From positions 63-64,062 of the forward strand of contig JBIITW010000002.1 of assembly GCA_044340265.1 (NCBI GenBank): a DNA stretch of 64,000 nt, in the 5' to 3' direction. Origin of the DNA: Burkholderiales bacterium. Its GTDB lineage: Bacteria; Pseudomonadota; Gammaproteobacteria; Burkholderiales; CAIKXV01. Under the pieces are notes generated by a model. That model saw only the letters and a program-made list of their open reading frames with translations, was not told the DNA's origin and searched no databases. Made by a program: the position numbers and the translations under genes. Within the stretch, counting starts at the first letter, position 1, and every line of letters begins with the position of its first letter. This document shows, piece after piece, positions 9,101 through 17,633 of the stretch.

Positions 9101-10978
9101 TCACGACGACGCGCGTGAGCCTTCCGGGTCGACCTGTTGCGGCTGGTACTCGGGCACGAACTGCGCAAGCGTCTGCTTGACTGCGCCGTCACCGGCCGGT
9201 GCCGACTGCAACTCGGCCAGCCAGAGCGCGAGGCGATCGAGGAAGTCGCTGCGGCCCGGGCGGGCCTGCGCGATGCGCAGCTTGTGGTGCGGCGTCGGCA
9301 GGGTCGCCTCGTCGTCGGCGAGCAGTTCCTCGAACAGCTTCTCGCCCGGCCGCAGGCCGCTGTAGACGATGCGGATCTCTTCCTCGGTGAAGCCGGACAG
9401 CCGGATCATCGAACGCGCGAGGTCGGCGATGCGCACCGGTTCGCCCATGTCGAGCACGAAGATCTCGCCGCCCTTGCCCATCAGGCCGGCCTGCAGCACG
9501 AGTTGCGCGGCCTCCGGGATCGACATGAAGAAGCGGGTGATCTCGGGGTGGGTGACGGTGACCGGGCCGCCGGCCGCGATCTGGTCGCGGAAGCGCGGGA
9601 TCACGCTGCCGGCACTGCCCAGCACGTTGCCGAAACGAACCATCACGAAACGGGTGCCGGTGGTGGTCTCCTGCAGCCGCTCGCAGACGATCTCGGCCAG
9701 ACGCTTGGTGGCGCCCATCACGTTGGTCGGGTTGACCGCCTTGTCGGTGGACACGAAGACGAACTTCTCGACGCCGGCATCGACCGCCGCCCGTGCCACC
9801 GACCAGGTGCCGGCGACGTTGTTGAGCACCGCCTCGGCACAGTTGTCGGTCTCCATCAGCGGCACGTGCTTGTAGGCAGCCGCATGCAGCACCACCGTAG
9901 GGCGATATCGAGACAGCACCTGTGCCATGCGTACCGGCGAGCGCACGTCACCGGCGATGGCGACGATCCGCACCTGGCCGGTGGCCGTGCCGGACCCGCT
10001 GCCGGCGAACTCCTGCTCGATCTGGTAGAGCGAGAACTCCGACGCATCGACCATCACCAGCAGCCGCGGAGCGAAGCGCGCGATCTGGCGGCACAGTTCG
10101 GAGCCGATCGAGCCCCCGGCGCCGGTGACCATCACCACCCGGTCGGCGATCCAGCCGTTGAGGCCGTCGCTGTCGAGCACCACCGGATCCCGTCCGAGCA
10201 GGTCGTCGAGCTCCACCGCCCTGATCTGGGACACTGTGACCTTGCCGCTGATCAGGTCGTCGAACGACGGCACGGTCAGCACCTGCAGTCCGGCCGCGGT
10301 CGCCAGGTCGGCGGCACGCTTGCGATCGTGATGGCTGGCCGAGGGCATGGCGATGATCGCGTGCGTGGCCGGCGTCGAGGCGAGCGCCTCGCCCATCGCA
10401 TCGAGTGGTCCGAGCACCTTCACGCCGTGGATGGAACGGCCATGGCGTCCGCCGTTGTCGTCGAACAGCGCAGTCACCCGCCATTCACCACTGCGCGAGA
10501 AGTCCTTAATCAGGCCTGCGGCGGCATCCCCGGCGCCGAGCACGTAGACCGATCGTGCCGCACCCGATCGTGCCCGGCGCCGCTCGCGCCAGATCCGGTA
10601 GAGCATGCGGCTGCCGCCCATCGCCATCGCCAGCAGCAGCGGATCGAGGATCAGCACGGAACGCGGCACGCCGGTGGGGCGTCCCTGCAGGGTGAGCACC
10701 ATTGCCACCGCCATCGCCGCGACCAGGACTGCGAACACGATGCGCTGCACGTCGGCCACGCTGGCATAACGCCAGATGCCCCGGTACAGGCCGAACAGCC
10801 AGAACACCGTGGCCTGAAGCGGGACGACCCAGAGCAGCGAGCCGAGCATCGCGCTGAAGTGCGGCTCGGGCACTTCCAGGTTGAAGCGCAGCCAGAATGC
10901 CGCGCACCAGGCGACGCCAGCCGCCACCACGTCGTGGGCGAACGCGAGCGCCGTTCGGGAGCGGACGCTGACCGGCAT
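9101..10978 (-). CDS. Membrane-anchored UDP-GlcNAc 4,6-dehydratase (WbpM/PglF/CapD family)
   Basis: 625 aa. Four N-terminal hydrophobic segments followed by two Rossmann-like regions (YVLGAGDAA and VTGAGGSIG). STDKAVNPTNVMGATK catalytic block. Confidence 0.85.
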   Translation of the reverse strand: MPVSVRSRTALAFAHDVVAAGVAWCAAFWLRFNLEVPEPHFSAMLGSLLWVVPLQATVFWLFGLYRGIWRYASVADVQRIVFAVLVAAMAVAMVLTLQGRPTGVPRSVLILDPLLLAMAMGGSRMLYRIWRERRRARSGAARSVYVLGAGDAAAGLIKDFSRSGEWRVTALFDDNGGRHGRSIHGVKVLGPLDAMGEALASTPATHAIIAMPSASHHDRKRAADLATAAGLQVLTVPSFDDLISGKVTVSQIRAVELDDLLGRDPVVLDSDGLNGWIADRVVMVTGAGGSIGSELCRQIARFAPRLLVMVDASEFSLYQIEQEFAGSGSGTATGQVRIVAIAGDVRSPVRMAQVLSRYRPTVVLHAAAYKHVPLMETDNCAEAVLNNVAGTWSVARAAVDAGVEKFVFVSTDKAVNPTNVMGATKRLAEIVCERLQETTTGTRFVMVRFGNVLGSAGSVIPRFRDQIAAGGPVTVTHPEITRFFMSIPEAAQLVLQAGLMGKGGEIFVLDMGEPVRIADLARSMIRLSGFTEEEIRIVYSGLRPGEKLFEELLADDEATLPTPHHKLRIAQARPGRSDFLDRLALWLAELQSAPAGDGAVKQTLAQFVPEYQPQQVDPEGSRASS

Positions 10979-11032
10979 CAGCGGCTCACGCCGACACCGG
11001 GCGAGCGCCCGCCCGGCATCCCCTGTCTGGCC

Positions 11033-11428
11033 TCACCAGGCCGTCCGCACATGGGGATAGGCCCGGATCCGTCCGTCGCGCGTGACGAGCGTCGCGTCCA
11101 GCGCGATCGCAGTGGCGACGATGATCCGGTCCGCTGGATCGGCGTGGAAGGGCGCCGGCAAGCTGACCGCGTGCACCGCGATCGCGTTGTCGATCGGGAC
11201 GAAGGTGATGCCTTCCATCTGCTCGAACGTGCCGATCCAGCGTTGCGCGTCGATCGACAGTTCGAGGCGACCGCGCGCCAGCAGCATGGCCACCTCCCAG
11301 GCACTGATGCAGGAGATCAACACCGCTGCGTCGTCCAGGCCTCGGTCGATCAGGCGGCGTGCCTCGTCGGACAGTTCCGGAGAACCGTTCGCCCACCAGA
11401 GCCACGCGTGGGTATCCAGCAGAATCAC
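11033..11428 (-). CDS. vapC: PIN-domain toxin, VapC family (type II TA)
   Basis: 131 aa with GTG start. ILLDTHAWLW N-terminal acidic motif and HADPADRIIVATA C-terminal motif typical of PIN nucleases. GTGA overlap with the upstream antitoxin. Confidence 0.85.
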   Translation of the reverse strand: MILLDTHAWLWWANGSPELSDEARRLIDRGLDDAAVLISCISAWEVAMLLARGRLELSIDAQRWIGTFEQMEGITFVPIDNAIAVHAVSLPAPFHADPADRIIVATAIALDATLVTRDGRIRAYPHVRTAW

Positions 11429-11682
11429 GGCCGGGCAAGGACGCGCCCAGGATCGTCCGTGGCCTCCCAGTCGACAGCCCCGACCGGTTCGATCGGATCA
11501 TCGTAGCGCAGTATCGAACCGCGAAGCGCCTCGATGTCTGCCCGGGGGGCCAGGCGATAGGGGACGATGCGCAGCACCGGGCGACCGTGCTCGGTGATCA
11601 CCAGCGGCACGCCCGATTCCTGCACTGCGCGGAAATACTCGAGCGCGCGCGGCTTGAACCTGGATTTAGAGATGGTTTCCAT
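11425..11682 (-). CDS. Phd/YefM-family antitoxin (type II TA)
   Basis: 85 aa. SKSRFKPRALEYFRAVQESGVPLVITEHGRPV is typical of Phd/YefM N-terminal domains. 4-nt overlap with vapC. Confidence 0.75.
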   Translation of the reverse strand: METISKSRFKPRALEYFRAVQESGVPLVITEHGRPVLRIVPYRLAPRADIEALRGSILRYDDPIEPVGAVDWEATDDPGRVLARP

Positions 11683-11695
11683 ACCGGCCCCGATT

Positions 11696-11727
11696 AAATG
11701 ACCATGGTCATCTTACCATAGTCATTT
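11696..11727 (-). promoter_or_regulatory. Palindromic operator-like element upstream of the antitoxin gene
   Basis: Perfect 14-bp palindrome ATGACCATGGTCAT at 11698..11711, 16-29 nt upstream of the antitoxin ATG. A one-mismatch half-site copy ACCATAGTCAT lies at 11715..11725. The outer arms AAATGAC/GTCATTT are complementary. Confidence 0.5.
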
Positions 11728-12711
11728 TCGGGGTGTTCCCAATCCTGACTGCGTCGCCGCCCAGCGGCGGTCGACGCACAGCAAGGCGGTCACGAAGACC
11801 AACGCCCAGCCGGTCAGCAGGGCCGCTCGGAAGAGCCCGGCGAACTGCAGCGCGACTAGGGCCACGGTGCAGCCCACGGCCATCAGCGCGTACTCGGCCA
11901 GTGCCGTGCGTCGATGGCCCCACCCCATCTGCACCAGCCGCTGGTAGTAGTGCTCCCGGTGCGCACGCCAGAACCGTTCGCCGCGCAGCATCCGGCGCAG
12001 CAGGGTGACCGTGGCATCGACGAAGAACGGCGCGAACACCACGAACGGGAGCCACACCGGGAAATGGCCGTTGGCAACGCCGGCGGCGCCCAGCGCGCCG
12101 GCCAGGAAGCCCAGCGGCACCGAACCGACGTCGCCGAGGAAGATGCGCGCCGGATGGAAGTTGGCCTTCAGGAACACCGCCGAGGCGAGTGCGATCGCCA
12201 GTGACAGCGATGCCAGCGGCAGGTCGCCGGCGATGGCGAACGCGGCGGTGAAGGTGCCGAAGCCGGCCACCGCCATGCCTCCGGCCAGGCCGTCGGAGCC
12301 GTCCATGAAGTTGTACAGGTTGATCGACCAGGCGATCAGGAAGGCGGTCACCACCTGCCAGGGCAGGGGCATCGTGGGCAGTGCGATCCAGACGAACGCG
12401 CAGGCCGCCGCCGCATGCACGCCGAAGCGCAGCACGATCGGCATGCCGCGCCAGTCGTCGGCGAACGACAGCGCGGCCAGCACGATCACGCAACCTGCGA
12501 GGACCGCATGCATCGGCCAGCCAGGAAGGCAGGCCGCGAGCACCCCGGCCACCACCGCGACGCCGCCGCTGCGCGGCACCGGCACCTGGTGCAGCGAGCG
12601 TTCGTTCGGGCGGTCCATCGGCAGCCGTGCGCGGCCAGGGCCGAGCAGCCATGCCAGCGTGGCTGCCGCGGCCAGCAGCGCCAGCAGCGGAGCCAGCAAC
12701 TGAGCGGTCAT
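11722..12711 (-). CDS. Undecaprenyl-phosphate HexNAc-1-phosphate transferase (GT4 MraY/WecA/WbpL family), initiating enzyme
   Basis: 329 aa with about 10 hydrophobic segments. NLYNFMDGSDGLAGG and IFLGDVGSVPLGF motifs are characteristic of the polyprenyl-phosphate HexNAc-1-P transferase family. Confidence 0.85.
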   Translation of the reverse strand: MTAQLLAPLLALLAAAATLAWLLGPGRARLPMDRPNERSLHQVPVPRSGGVAVVAGVLAACLPGWPMHAVLAGCVIVLAALSFADDWRGMPIVLRFGVHAAAACAFVWIALPTMPLPWQVVTAFLIAWSINLYNFMDGSDGLAGGMAVAGFGTFTAAFAIAGDLPLASLSLAIALASAVFLKANFHPARIFLGDVGSVPLGFLAGALGAAGVANGHFPVWLPFVVFAPFFVDATVTLLRRMLRGERFWRAHREHYYQRLVQMGWGHRRTALAEYALMAVGCTVALVALQFAGLFRAALLTGWALVFVTALLCVDRRWAATQSGLGTPRK

Positions 12712-13859
12712 GCCTTGCGCCAGACCACCCGGTTTACGTAGTCGGTGTGACCGAGGATGATACGCAGGATCTTCTCGGACACCGCCGGATGGTGGTAGTC
12801 CGCGACCGGAGCCAGCGTGCGCGCCGGGCTGCCGCCGGCTTCGCCGCGCGACTGGGTCTCGAGCACCTTCAACCCCTGCAGCACGCGGTCGACGTCCAGA
12901 CCGACCATCATCACCGCCGCCTCTTCCATCGCTTCCGGACGCTCGTGCGCCTCGCGCAGGTTCAGCGCTGGGAAGTCGAGGATCGACGACTCCTCGCTGA
13001 TGGTGCCGCTGTCCGACAGCACCGCGTGTGCATTGCGCTGCAGCTGCACGTAGTCGAGGAAGCCGAACGGCGAATGCAGTTCGACCAGTGGATCGAGCGT
13101 GGCCGCACGCGCGGCGAGGCGGTTGCGGGTGCGCGGATGGGTGCTGAAGATGATCCGCTGGCGGAACTTGCGCGCCAGCGCATCGAGCAGCGAGGCGATG
13201 CGTTCGAGCGACGGCAGCGGGTCGACGTTCTCTTCGCGGTGCAGGCTGACCACGAAGTATTCCCCCGCCTGCAGCTCGAGCCGGGTGAGCACGTCGGAAG
13301 CCTCGATGCGCGGCAGGTAGTGGTGCAGCACCTCGTGCATCGGGCTGCCGGTCTTGATCACCCGGTCTGGCGGCAGGCCCTCGCGCAGCAGGTATTCGCG
13401 CGCGATGTCGCTGTAGGGCAGGTTGATGTCCGAGATGTGGTCGACGATCCGCCGGTTCAGCTCCTCGGGCACGCGTTCATCGAAGCAGCGGTTGCCCGCT
13501 TCCATGTGGAACACCGGGACCTTGCGCCGCTTGCAGGCGATCGCCGACAGGCAGCTGTTGGTGTCGCCGAGGATCAGCACCGCGTCGGGCTTCTCGGCTT
13601 CCAGCACCGGATCGATGCGCATCAGCGTCTGGCCGATGGTGTCGATGGCGGTCGAGCCGGGGGATGCGGCGGCCAGGAAGTGGTCCGGCCGGCGGATGCC
13701 CAGTTCGTCGAAGAACACGTCGTTCAGCGAGTAGTCGTAGTTCTGGCCGGTATGCACCAGCACCAGCTCGGTGGCCTGGTCGAGCCGCGCGAGCACGCGC
13801 GACAGGCGGATCAGTTCCGGCCGGGTGCCGACGATCGCCATCACCTTCAGTTTTTTCAT
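12708..13859 (-). CDS. fnlC: UDP-2-acetamido-2,6-dideoxy-L-talose 2-epimerase (FnlC/WbjD/Cap5G type, non-hydrolysing UDP-GlcNAc 2-epimerase family)
   Basis: ORF 12708..14606 trimmed to MKKLKVMAIVGTRPELIRLS (ATG at 13859). HTGQNYD and FHMEAGNRCFD blocks. Follows fnlA and fnlB. Confidence 0.85.
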   Translation of the reverse strand: MKKLKVMAIVGTRPELIRLSRVLARLDQATELVLVHTGQNYDYSLNDVFFDELGIRRPDHFLAAASPGSTAIDTIGQTLMRIDPVLEAEKPDAVLILGDTNSCLSAIACKRRKVPVFHMEAGNRCFDERVPEELNRRIVDHISDINLPYSDIAREYLLREGLPPDRVIKTGSPMHEVLHHYLPRIEASDVLTRLELQAGEYFVVSLHREENVDPLPSLERIASLLDALARKFRQRIIFSTHPRTRNRLAARAATLDPLVELHSPFGFLDYVQLQRNAHAVLSDSGTISEESSILDFPALNLREAHERPEAMEEAAVMMVGLDVDRVLQGLKVLETQSRGEAGGSPARTLAPVADYHHPAVSEKILRIILGHTDYVNRVVWRKA

Positions 13860-15016
13860 CAGACCGCCTCGGGGTAGGTGTCCGGCGCTGCGGGATCGAA
13901 GACCTCGTGCGACCAGAACAGGGTGAACAGCTCGCCCTGCCCGGTGTTCCGGATGTCGTGGGTATGCAGCGTCGGCATGTCGATGTAGACGGGCGTGTCG
14001 CCGCGAACGGCGAACGGGTGTGTTTCGGCGCTGAACATCCGGCGTACCCGGATGGTCGCTTCGCCGGATGCAACGATGAAGCGCTCGATCTTGCGTCGGT
14101 GGAAATGGTTGCCGCGCACCAACCCCGGACGGGTGGACGAGGCGAAACACTGGCCGCCATGGACGCTCTTCAACGCCTCGAACAAATGGCCGCGGGCATC
14201 GCTGCGCAGTTCTATCCGGCCCGGGTAGTGCAGCGGGAAACGATACGAGCGAAGCGTGTTGAACAGGTCGAGGTCGAATGCGGAGTCGAAGCGGGGCAGC
14301 GTGCCGTCGGCGTAGGTCGCATGCATCGACTGCAGCCGGGCGAGTGCCTCGCTCACCTTCATCCGCTCGCCGCCAGGCGACAGGGGGCCGGGGGAGCCAG
14401 CATCGATCGCATCGAGGATGACGTCGCAGGCAGACTGCGCGTGCAGCAGCTGCAGTTCTCCATCTACGATGATCTTCGGCCTGTCGCCGGTGGCGAGCTG
14501 GTGGCAGAAGGTGGCCACGGCCGAGTTGTAGAACGGGCGGCCAAGTTCGCCGAACAGGTGGGGGAAACGGATGTCGGTGTAGCGTGCCCCGGCCGAAGCG
14601 GCCCATTCACCCAGGATTGCGCTGGCCTGCAGCTTTGAACGGCCGTAGGGGGTCGCCGGTGGGGCCGAAGCACCGCCTGCCGGCGCGCCGTGGGTCGAGT
14701 TGGCGAACACCAGGTGGACGGCGCCGCTGCGTTCGCTCCCAAGCGTGCGAAGTGCATCGACCAGCACCTGCGCGAGGCGTGGGTTGCCGGCCTCCACGGC
14801 CGCATCGGGCCCGCGGTTGACGCCGGCCAGGTGCACCACGGTCCCGATGCCGGCGAGCGCCGCGCGCAGCCGTACCGGATCTTCGAAGCCAGATCGGTCG
14901 AGTACGATGGGTTCGGGCCATCCGCGCATCCGGATCGCGCAACGCAGGTGCCAGCCGAGGAAGCCGGCGCCGCCGGTTATCGCGATCTGCTGCGCGCGCG
15001 GTTCCGGCGCGCTCAC
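13859..15016 (-). CDS. fnlB: UDP-L-FucNAc pathway C3-epimerase/C4-reductase (FnlB/WbjC/Cap5F type)
   Basis: GTG start. N-terminal Rossmann ITGGAGFLGWH plus a C-terminal cupin-like segment (NHFHRRKIERFIVASGEATI), the two-domain layout of Cap5F-type enzymes. Lies between fnlA and fnlC. Confidence 0.8.
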   Translation of the reverse strand: MSAPEPRAQQIAITGGAGFLGWHLRCAIRMRGWPEPIVLDRSGFEDPVRLRAALAGIGTVVHLAGVNRGPDAAVEAGNPRLAQVLVDALRTLGSERSGAVHLVFANSTHGAPAGGASAPPATPYGRSKLQASAILGEWAASAGARYTDIRFPHLFGELGRPFYNSAVATFCHQLATGDRPKIIVDGELQLLHAQSACDVILDAIDAGSPGPLSPGGERMKVSEALARLQSMHATYADGTLPRFDSAFDLDLFNTLRSYRFPLHYPGRIELRSDARGHLFEALKSVHGGQCFASSTRPGLVRGNHFHRRKIERFIVASGEATIRVRRMFSAETHPFAVRGDTPVYIDMPTLHTHDIRNTGQGELFTLFWSHEVFDPAAPDTYPEAV

Positions 15017-16161
15017 GCCGGGATCTTGCGTGGCCGACCGCGCGGCTTTCCGCCCCGCTTCGAGACGGACTTTGCCGCGGGCTTTGCGCGGGCCAGCGCG
15101 CCGGACGGTGGCTGAGCCGGGCCGGCGGCCAGCTCGGCCCGCACCTCTGGCAACGTCAGCAGCAGGGCCTTGACCTGTGCGACGTCGAGCCGCTCCGTGT
15201 TGTGCGAAGTGTAGTCGTCGATCGCGGCTTCTTCCGTGTCGCCTTCGGTGAAATACTTCGCATAGTCGAGGCCGCGCCCATCCATAGTCACGCGCCAGTA
15301 GTCGCCCATGTCCTGGGCGCGGCGAAGTTCTTCGCGGCTTGCGAGGGTTTCGTACAGCTTCTCGCCGTGGCGCATGCCGATATGGCGTATGTGCGGTTCG
15401 ATGCCGAACAACTCTGCCAGCGCGATCGCCAGGACATCGACGGTGCAGGCGGGCGACTTCTTGATGAAGATGTCACCCGGGCGCGCATTGCCGAAGGCGA
15501 ACAGGATCAGGTCGATCGCGCCGGACAGCGGCAGGAGGAAGCGGGTCATCGCACCCTCGGTGATCGTGAGCGGCTTGCCCGCGCGCATCTGCGAGACGAA
15601 CAGCGGGATCACCGATCCGCGCGAATACATCACGTTGCCGTAACGCACGGCGGCCACCGTGCACCGGTTTCGTGCGCCGCGGCCGTCATGCGACAGCGTC
15701 TCGCGCGCGGCCGACTGCGCGACCTTCTCCATCAGGGCCTTGGTCATGCCCATCGCATTGATCGGGTAGACCGCCTTGTCGGTGGACAGGCAGACAACCT
15801 TCTTCACGCCGCTGGCGATCGCGGACTCGACCACGTTGTGGCTGCCGATGATGTTGGTATAGACGGCCTGCATGGGGAAGAATTCACATGAAGGCACCTG
15901 CTTGAGCGCGGCGGCATGGAACACATAGTCGGCCCCCCGCATCGCAGCATCGACGCTCTCGCGGTTTCGCACGTCGCCGATGATGAACTGGATGGACGGG
16001 TCTGCGAGTTCCACGCGCATCAGTTCCTGCTTCAGTTCATCTCGGCTGAAGATGCGGATCTGCGCCACTTTCATGTTGCGCAGCCGGTCGAGCACTGCCC
16101 GCCCGAAAGACCCGGTGCCACCGGTGATCAGGACGGTCTTGCCGCGCAATGATTCAGCCAT
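15013..16161 (-). CDS. fnlA: UDP-GlcNAc 4,6-dehydratase/5-epimerase (FnlA/WbjB/Cap5E type) with a basic C-terminal tail
   Basis: LITGGTGSFG, AALKQVPSCEFFP, CLSTDKAVYPINAMGMTKALMEKV and RYGNVMYSRGSVIPLF blocks match Cap5E-type enzymes. An extra ~35-aa tail ends KRGGKPRGRPRKIPA. Confidence 0.85.
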   Translation of the reverse strand: MAESLRGKTVLITGGTGSFGRAVLDRLRNMKVAQIRIFSRDELKQELMRVELADPSIQFIIGDVRNRESVDAAMRGADYVFHAAALKQVPSCEFFPMQAVYTNIIGSHNVVESAIASGVKKVVCLSTDKAVYPINAMGMTKALMEKVAQSAARETLSHDGRGARNRCTVAAVRYGNVMYSRGSVIPLFVSQMRAGKPLTITEGAMTRFLLPLSGAIDLILFAFGNARPGDIFIKKSPACTVDVLAIALAELFGIEPHIRHIGMRHGEKLYETLASREELRRAQDMGDYWRVTMDGRGLDYAKYFTEGDTEEAAIDDYTSHNTERLDVAQVKALLLTLPEVRAELAAGPAQPPSGALARAKPAAKSVSKRGGKPRGRPRKIPA

Positions 16162-16210
16162 CGTGAAATAGGACCTGCAAATGGTGTCGGGGGCCGCCGA
16201 TTATTGGCGC

Positions 16211-17458
16211 TCAGCCGGGTTTGCGCAATTCGGCGACCCAGCGTTCCAGTTGCCTGAAAGCCTGTTCCCGGTCGAACTGCGCGAGGTAGCAGGCGCGCGC
16301 GCGCGCGCCGATCGCTTCGCGCTCCGAAGACGGCAGGGCCGCCATCTGTACGACGGCCTTTGCCAGCGCCTCGGGATCCTCCGCCGGGCAGGCGATGCCG
16401 GCCCGCGCCCGGCGGATCACCTCGGCGCCTTCGCCGTTCAGCGCGGCGATCACCGGACGGCCGCAGGCGAGGTAGGACTGGATCTTTCCCGGGATCGTCA
16501 GGGCGAATATGGGCTCGTCCAGCAGCGTGACGAGGAGCGCATCGACCCGTGCGAACAGGTTGGGCATCTGCTCCAGCGGCAGTGCGCCCAGCAGGCGGAC
16601 GCAGCGACCGAGGCGGCGCCGCTCGATCTCTTCCTGCAGCCAGCCGTGCATGCGGCCGTTGCCGGCGATCACCCAATGGATGTCGCGTCGGTCGCGCAGG
16701 CGCTCCGCGGCTGCGAGGATGGTCGGAAAGTCCTGAGCAACGCCGATGTTGCCTGCGAACAGCACCTTGAAACCGGCTGGCAGCACCGGGGTCAGCGGCG
16801 CGATCCCGCTGCCGCGCGACGCGACCTCGCGATCGACCGGTCGGTACACGGATTCGGCCCAGCTCGGAAAGTAGCGGAGCTGGTCGGCACGCACGCCCTG
16901 CCGCTCGAGCGGACCGAAGAACGCGCGCGACTGTGCGAGTACACGGTCGCAGCGGCGGTAGATCCAGCGCGTGAGTGCTTCGACGGGGGCCAGGGCCCAT
17001 CGCGAGCGCAGTCGGCTGGCGGCAATCACGCTCTGCGGCCAGAGGTCGAGCACCCAGAACAGGATCGGTGCGCCCGTCAATGCACGGCACGCGGCTGCCG
17101 GGATTCCCACGGTCACCGGGGACGGTTCGAAGACGAAGATCGCGTCGTAGCGCCCGTGGGCGCGCAGCGCGCCGATGGTCGAGGCTGCAAATGCGAACGA
17201 CAGGTAATTGAGTACGAGTCGCAACCCGCCGGAACGACCGCGCGCGACCATCGGCACGCGTATCACGGACGCGCCAAGAAGGCGCTCGCGCCAGGGACCG
17301 AACAGCGGCCGGTAACCGTCGTACCAGCGGCCCGCGGGATAGTTCGGCAAGCCGGTAAGCACGGTTACCTCGTGCCCGCGCGTGACCATCCCCTCGACCA
17401 GGTCGTTGATGCGGAAGTTCTCCGGATGGAAGTACTGCGTGACCACGAGCAGCTTCAT
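16211..17458 (-). CDS. GT4 glycosyltransferase, WbuB-like (putative L-FucNAc transferase)
   Basis: MKLLVVTQYFHPENFRINDLVEGMVTRGHEVTVLTGLPNYPAGRWYDGY is the hallmark WbuB-type N-terminus. Lies immediately upstream of fnlABC. Confidence 0.75.
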   Translation of the reverse strand: MKLLVVTQYFHPENFRINDLVEGMVTRGHEVTVLTGLPNYPAGRWYDGYRPLFGPWRERLLGASVIRVPMVARGRSGGLRLVLNYLSFAFAASTIGALRAHGRYDAIFVFEPSPVTVGIPAAACRALTGAPILFWVLDLWPQSVIAASRLRSRWALAPVEALTRWIYRRCDRVLAQSRAFFGPLERQGVRADQLRYFPSWAESVYRPVDREVASRGSGIAPLTPVLPAGFKVLFAGNIGVAQDFPTILAAAERLRDRRDIHWVIAGNGRMHGWLQEEIERRRLGRCVRLLGALPLEQMPNLFARVDALLVTLLDEPIFALTIPGKIQSYLACGRPVIAALNGEGAEVIRRARAGIACPAEDPEALAKAVVQMAALPSSEREAIGARARACYLAQFDREQAFRQLERWVAELRKPG

Positions 17459-17633
17459 CGGAGTGCCGCCGGCTCCATCACGATGACGTTCGCAGCGGCT
17501 TCGGCAGGAGCATGGATCGGGCCCGGTTGCGAGAAAAATACGCTAGACTAAGTGTGGTCATGTATACCTTGCAAACAAGCCACCGACGATCTGCGCCCAG
17601 GCGCCGCATGGAAGTGCGCGTGATCGTGCCAGA
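17459..17633. promoter_or_regulatory. Divergent control region between the wbuB-fnl operon and the pse operon
   Basis: 175-nt gap containing the most AT-rich stretch nearby (gagaaaaatacgctagactaagtgtggtcatgtatacc). Candidate minus-strand sigma70 promoter: -35 TTGCAA (17569..17574), 18-nt spacer, -10 TAGTCT (17545..17550). No convincing plus-strand hexamers found. Confidence 0.35.

Noticed and set aside
9101-10978. WbpM-like dehydratase as the missing PseB
   Set aside because: It has the large membrane-anchored two-domain architecture of the retaining WbpM/PglF type. PseB enzymes are small, soluble, inverting enzymes. The FnlA-type enzyme is the better candidate.
9137-11506. 789-aa plus-strand ORF spanning the WbpM-like gene and the TA pair
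   Set aside because: It is antisense to genes with clear family motifs. The translation is Arg/Gly/His-rich low-complexity sequence, typical of out-of-frame reading of high-GC DNA, with no motif.
12708-14606. N-terminally extended ORF-track entries (also 3094..5124, 1977..3377, 23688..25628, 30362..32341, 35379..36548, 36269..36928, 47791..49212, 55092..56606, 56099..57241, 60786..63032)
   Set aside because: The extensions read through the upstream gene in another frame and are low-complexity. Each was trimmed to the internal start where family-typical N-termini begin, usually coinciding with an ATGA/GTGA overlap with the upstream stop.
17459-17633. Enteric ops/JUMPstart element (GGCGGTAG) ahead of the polysaccharide operons
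   Set aside because: The motif was not found on either strand of this region or of the 7988..8103 and 39890..40033 divergent regions.
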